From: Malacoraja senta
Lineage: Eukaryota
Assembly (NCBI GenBank): GCA_038087875.1
Contig: CM075987.1
Span: 21,700,001 to 21,764,000, forward strand
Direction of reading: 5' to 3'
Length of the DNA stretch: 64,000 bases
A program made the translations under genes and the position numbers. Below the pieces are notes generated by a model. It saw only the letters and a program-made list of their open reading frames with translations. It was not told the DNA's origin and made no database searches. Position 1 is the first letter of the stretch. The number at the start of each line of letters is the position of its first letter. Below are positions 53,401-64,000 of the stretch, in pieces.

Positions 53401-54808
53401 AAATAAACTAAATTGAGTATACGTAAGCATTTCTCTGCTTCTCTTCATAGGACCACTTTTCATCTTCTCAATCAATGTAGTAACTCCAAAGAATGTACAA
53501 TATTTAGAAAGGCAAAGCTGCATGCAGTATTCCAAAATCAGTCTCGTCAAAGATCTGTGCAATATCGCTAAGATTTTCTTATCCACACTCCCACAGAACA
53601 CCATTTACCTGCTCTGCCTGTATATTTACTTTCTACTCCAGAACCAGCTCTGTTATTGAATTTAGGCTTACTTTTTCTTAAGGCCACAATTGTTCTTGAT
53701 CTTTAGGAAAAAATTCAGTTACCAATTTTATGATATTCCATTTTGTAGCTTTCTGCTACAGACCCACTTACAGTCAATCAAACTTCAACGAGCATTTTTT
53801 AAGATGGCAGTTGTATTTTTTTGTTTCACTTTTTGGTAATTAATTACACAAGACTATTATTCTATTCTCAACCTTTTTACAGGATTTGTCTCATCGCATG
53901 TAATTTTTTTGTCATTGTTATTAGGCACATGTTGATAGTGTTTGGTGGTCTTCAGGGGCTTGAGGCCAGCGTTGCTGCTGATCCAAACCTCAACCTTACA
54001 GATCCTTGTGTCCTCTTTCACCACTACCTGAACACTTGCCCTGGTCAAGGCAGCCGTATCATTCGCACTGAGGTATGTTTTGCTTAAAGATCTCACTAGT
54101 AGACAATGTACTGGTTTATTATGTATTCAAAATCAGGCTTGTAGAATGCATCCAAGGAAATACCTTCCCCCACTTATAATCTGTTATTGTGATCCTTTAT
54201 AAGCATTTGTGTACCTAAATAATTTTCAGTAATCTAGTCTGGACCATCATGTTCTGTAACATTATCAATCATGGCAGATATTACGTAGAAACAGGTTTAA
54301 ATCCATTTGGTTTTCACGTATTGTAGCTTAATGTGCTTCGAAGACATTGCAAACTGCTGATTCATGGAGATGTGTGATTGTGCTATACTAGTACACCATG
54401 TAATATAGTCTCAGAGTTCTGCCATCTACATAGAATAGAAGAAAACATTGTTTTTTAAGTGCACAGCGGTTTTTAGTTATATTGAGCAAACCCTTGGTGT
54501 ATTACTATATATATATATATATTGTGAGCAGTTCTGTCTTCTAGCGTAATGAGAATACAGCAGTTTTGTCAGAATAATAACTGGTTTGCAAAATTACATG
54601 GTAAGGCTTTTCAAACTAGGGATACATATTCTAGAATTTAGAAGACGGGGGGAATGCTTTAATTTTTGTCAAGTTTTTAGGGGACTTGATAGGGTAGGCT
54701 GTAATCTGAATGGATTTTACTGTGAATTATCTTTTTGTTTTCCAGGAAGCTATCCTCATCACTCTTTCTATATTGCGACCAAAGATTGACAAAGCACTCA
54801 AAAGCTAA
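35218..54808 (+). CDS. SPOUT1: SPOUT domain-containing methyltransferase 1 (C9orf114/CENP-32); exons 35218-35262, 37544-37586, 39935-40048, 43262-43421, 44633-44722, 47859-47908, 50292-50422, 50781-50853, 52454-52552, 52649-52751, 53925-54072, 54746-54808; 372 aa
   Basis: Twelve GT-AG exons in phase (1119 nt). Translation includes [86 protein letters not shown] and [28 protein letters not shown]. Exons 1-2 are less certain than the rest. Confidence 0.93.
36194..36372. mobile_element. Fold-back (head-to-head) Penelope terminal-repeat pair
   Basis: Arms of about 65 bp centred on gtgacgttttgg-g-ccaaaacgtcac (~36260). Confidence 0.75.
36380..36750 (-). mobile_element. Degraded CR1 RT fragment (another at ~39250-39500, -)
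   Basis: The minus strand encodes KFADDTK-type RT remnants (ORF 39354-39557: [10 protein letters not shown]). Confidence 0.65.
37780..37930 (-). mobile_element. 151-bp poly(A)-tailed retro-insertion with a 17-bp target-site duplication
   Basis: GAACCCAGCCAATTCCT at 37763-37779 and 37931-37947. The insert starts with poly-T and has AATAAA on the minus strand. Confidence 0.75.
38342..38836 (-). mobile_element. Possible solo LTR
   Basis: About 495 bp. On the minus strand it starts TGTGGCCC and has TATATAAG followed by ATTAAA in LTR order. It adjoins a CR1 remnant. The terminal CA and the TSD are imperfect. Confidence 0.3.
40200..40736 (-). mobile_element. CR1 LINE 3' end
   Basis: ORF 40434-40712(-) reads [33 protein letters not shown], followed by a CR1-like 3' UTR. 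Confidence 0.8.
40737..42352 (-). mobile_element. Full-length Tc1/mariner DD34E transposon, Passport-like, IR/DR type, transposase inactivated
   Basis: TA target duplication (40735-36 and 42353-54). TIRs of ~213 bp (40737-40950 and 42140-42352) start CAGTGGC and contain the repeated CAAAAGTATTCA. Total length 1616 bp. Confidence 0.95.
40956..41973 (-). pseudogene. Tc1 transposase pseudogene
   Basis: Reads [53 protein letters not shown] with D34E spacing. In-frame TGA at 41635-41637 and a frameshift near 41295. Confidence 0.92.
43835..44165 (-). mobile_element. HERO/NeSL-type (restriction-like endonuclease) non-LTR retrotransposon 3' fragment
   Basis: ORF 43940-44200(-) reads [45 protein letters not shown] recognise this from memory as the C-terminal RLE domain of HERO-clade elements. 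Confidence 0.7.
45198..47707 (+). mobile_element. 5'-truncated, degenerate CR1 LINE (ORF2 APE and RT, plus 3' UTR)
   Basis: Contains [10 protein letters not shown] (APE), [37 protein letters not shown] and [24 protein letters not shown] (RT). Many stops and frameshifts. Tail ttctatgtttcta. Confidence 0.92.
49225..49545 (+). mobile_element. Older V-SINE copy
   Basis: V-domain gtgtggagtttgtacattctccc..ggtttt..cccatccc. Confidence 0.6.
49678..49966 (+). mobile_element. V-SINE (HE1-like)
   Basis: tRNA-like head gtgacacagctggtagagctgctgcc..ggtttcaatcc, V-domain ttgcatgttctccctgtgacc, tail gctgtatctctaaactaaa. Confidence 0.8.
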
Positions 54809-55616
54809 TTCAAGTTGAATTTGTGAAAACATTTTGCATCATGACATCTTTTATTCTAACCTTGGAAGATTATCAAACATTGCTCATTCTCCTGCCTGAA
54901 ATTGGAGCTATCTCTAAATTACAGAGATCCAGTTCCCAGCATGTGTTGGTGTTTACCTAGGAATTTGCAGATTGGTTACCAGATTAAAAGTTTTGGGGAA
55001 GATTTAAAATGCCAATTTTCAATAGGTAATGTTAAACATCTTCAAACATTCAAGTAATTATACAGAATGTGTAGATCAGAATCCAAACTGAGTAATCATG
55101 CAACTGCTATTCTGATATTTTCTGTCAATTACAGAATAAATGATTTTATAGTTGAGCAGATGAGTCCAGGAAAGTTTCTTGTAACCACATTTCAGGTGTG
55201 TAGGCTGATTATTGACTGCTATGCAGAATCTCTCCAGTGTAACACTGCTATTAAATTGTAATTTTATGAATTATTGACATTATATGTGGAGTAAAGACCC
55301 TATTTTTTTTAGAAGTGTTTGATTTTTGGTTCAAATGTTACTTGACAAATTGTCGCAGAACAGGCACAGACCACATGATCATAATTTTGTTTTACTCTGT
55401 GAATAACTTTTCTGTCTGCCATATTACTGCCTGTTCACCTCCAGCTATTCCTTCTACGAAAAGTTGATTTACGCAAATTAGCTTCTGTGTTCTGTAATTG
55501 ATGAGCTATTTCTGAATGCAGTTGGGATACAATAGGACAAGTTTCAACATCTAGAAGATGTCCAAAATTAAGTTGTTTTTTTGAATTGCAAACTAATCAG
55601 ACCCTTACACACAGGT

Positions 55617-63836
<8,220 letters not shown>

Positions 63837-64000
63837 TCAAGTTCCTCCGTTAGCTCTCTTATTAAAGATTCCAACATCTGCAGTTTCTTGTGGCTAAACG
63901 GTTCGCTCTCAGGACCAGATTTGGATTTATAATGCATTGAAGGATAATATAATTGGTTGTCCAAATATATTACTGAATATGAAGTATAGCTTACTGTGGT

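Overview
This is eukaryotic, intron-rich vertebrate DNA, not prokaryotic. The repeat content (V-SINE/HE1-like SINEs, CR1, Penelope-like elements, DeuSINE remnants) suggests a cartilaginous fish, probably a skate or ray; that is an inference. Spliced genes reconstructed by hand are: ENDOG copy 1 (+, 403-3194), a 200-N gap, the last 7 coding exons of TBC1D13 (+, 7012-19599), ENDOG copy 2 (+, 28117-30913), a 206-N gap, a complete 12-exon SPOUT1/C9orf114 (+, 35218-54808) and the last 7 exons of CEL (-, 55617-63667). Bases 1-6677 are an almost identical copy of about 27715-34385, most likely a haplotype duplication in the assembly. Mobile DNA includes a full-length but inactivated Passport-like Tc1 transposon, a 2.5-kb CR1 LINE, a HERO-like RLE fragment and Penelope-like GIY-YIG elements. 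The most notable pattern is a set of ~100-220 bp Penelope-derived units. They carry a hammerhead-ribozyme-like core, insert on their own with target-site duplications, often form fold-back palindromes, and in one case appear to have collapsed. I found no convincing new protein-coding system; most short ORFs in the track are noise or repeat fragments.
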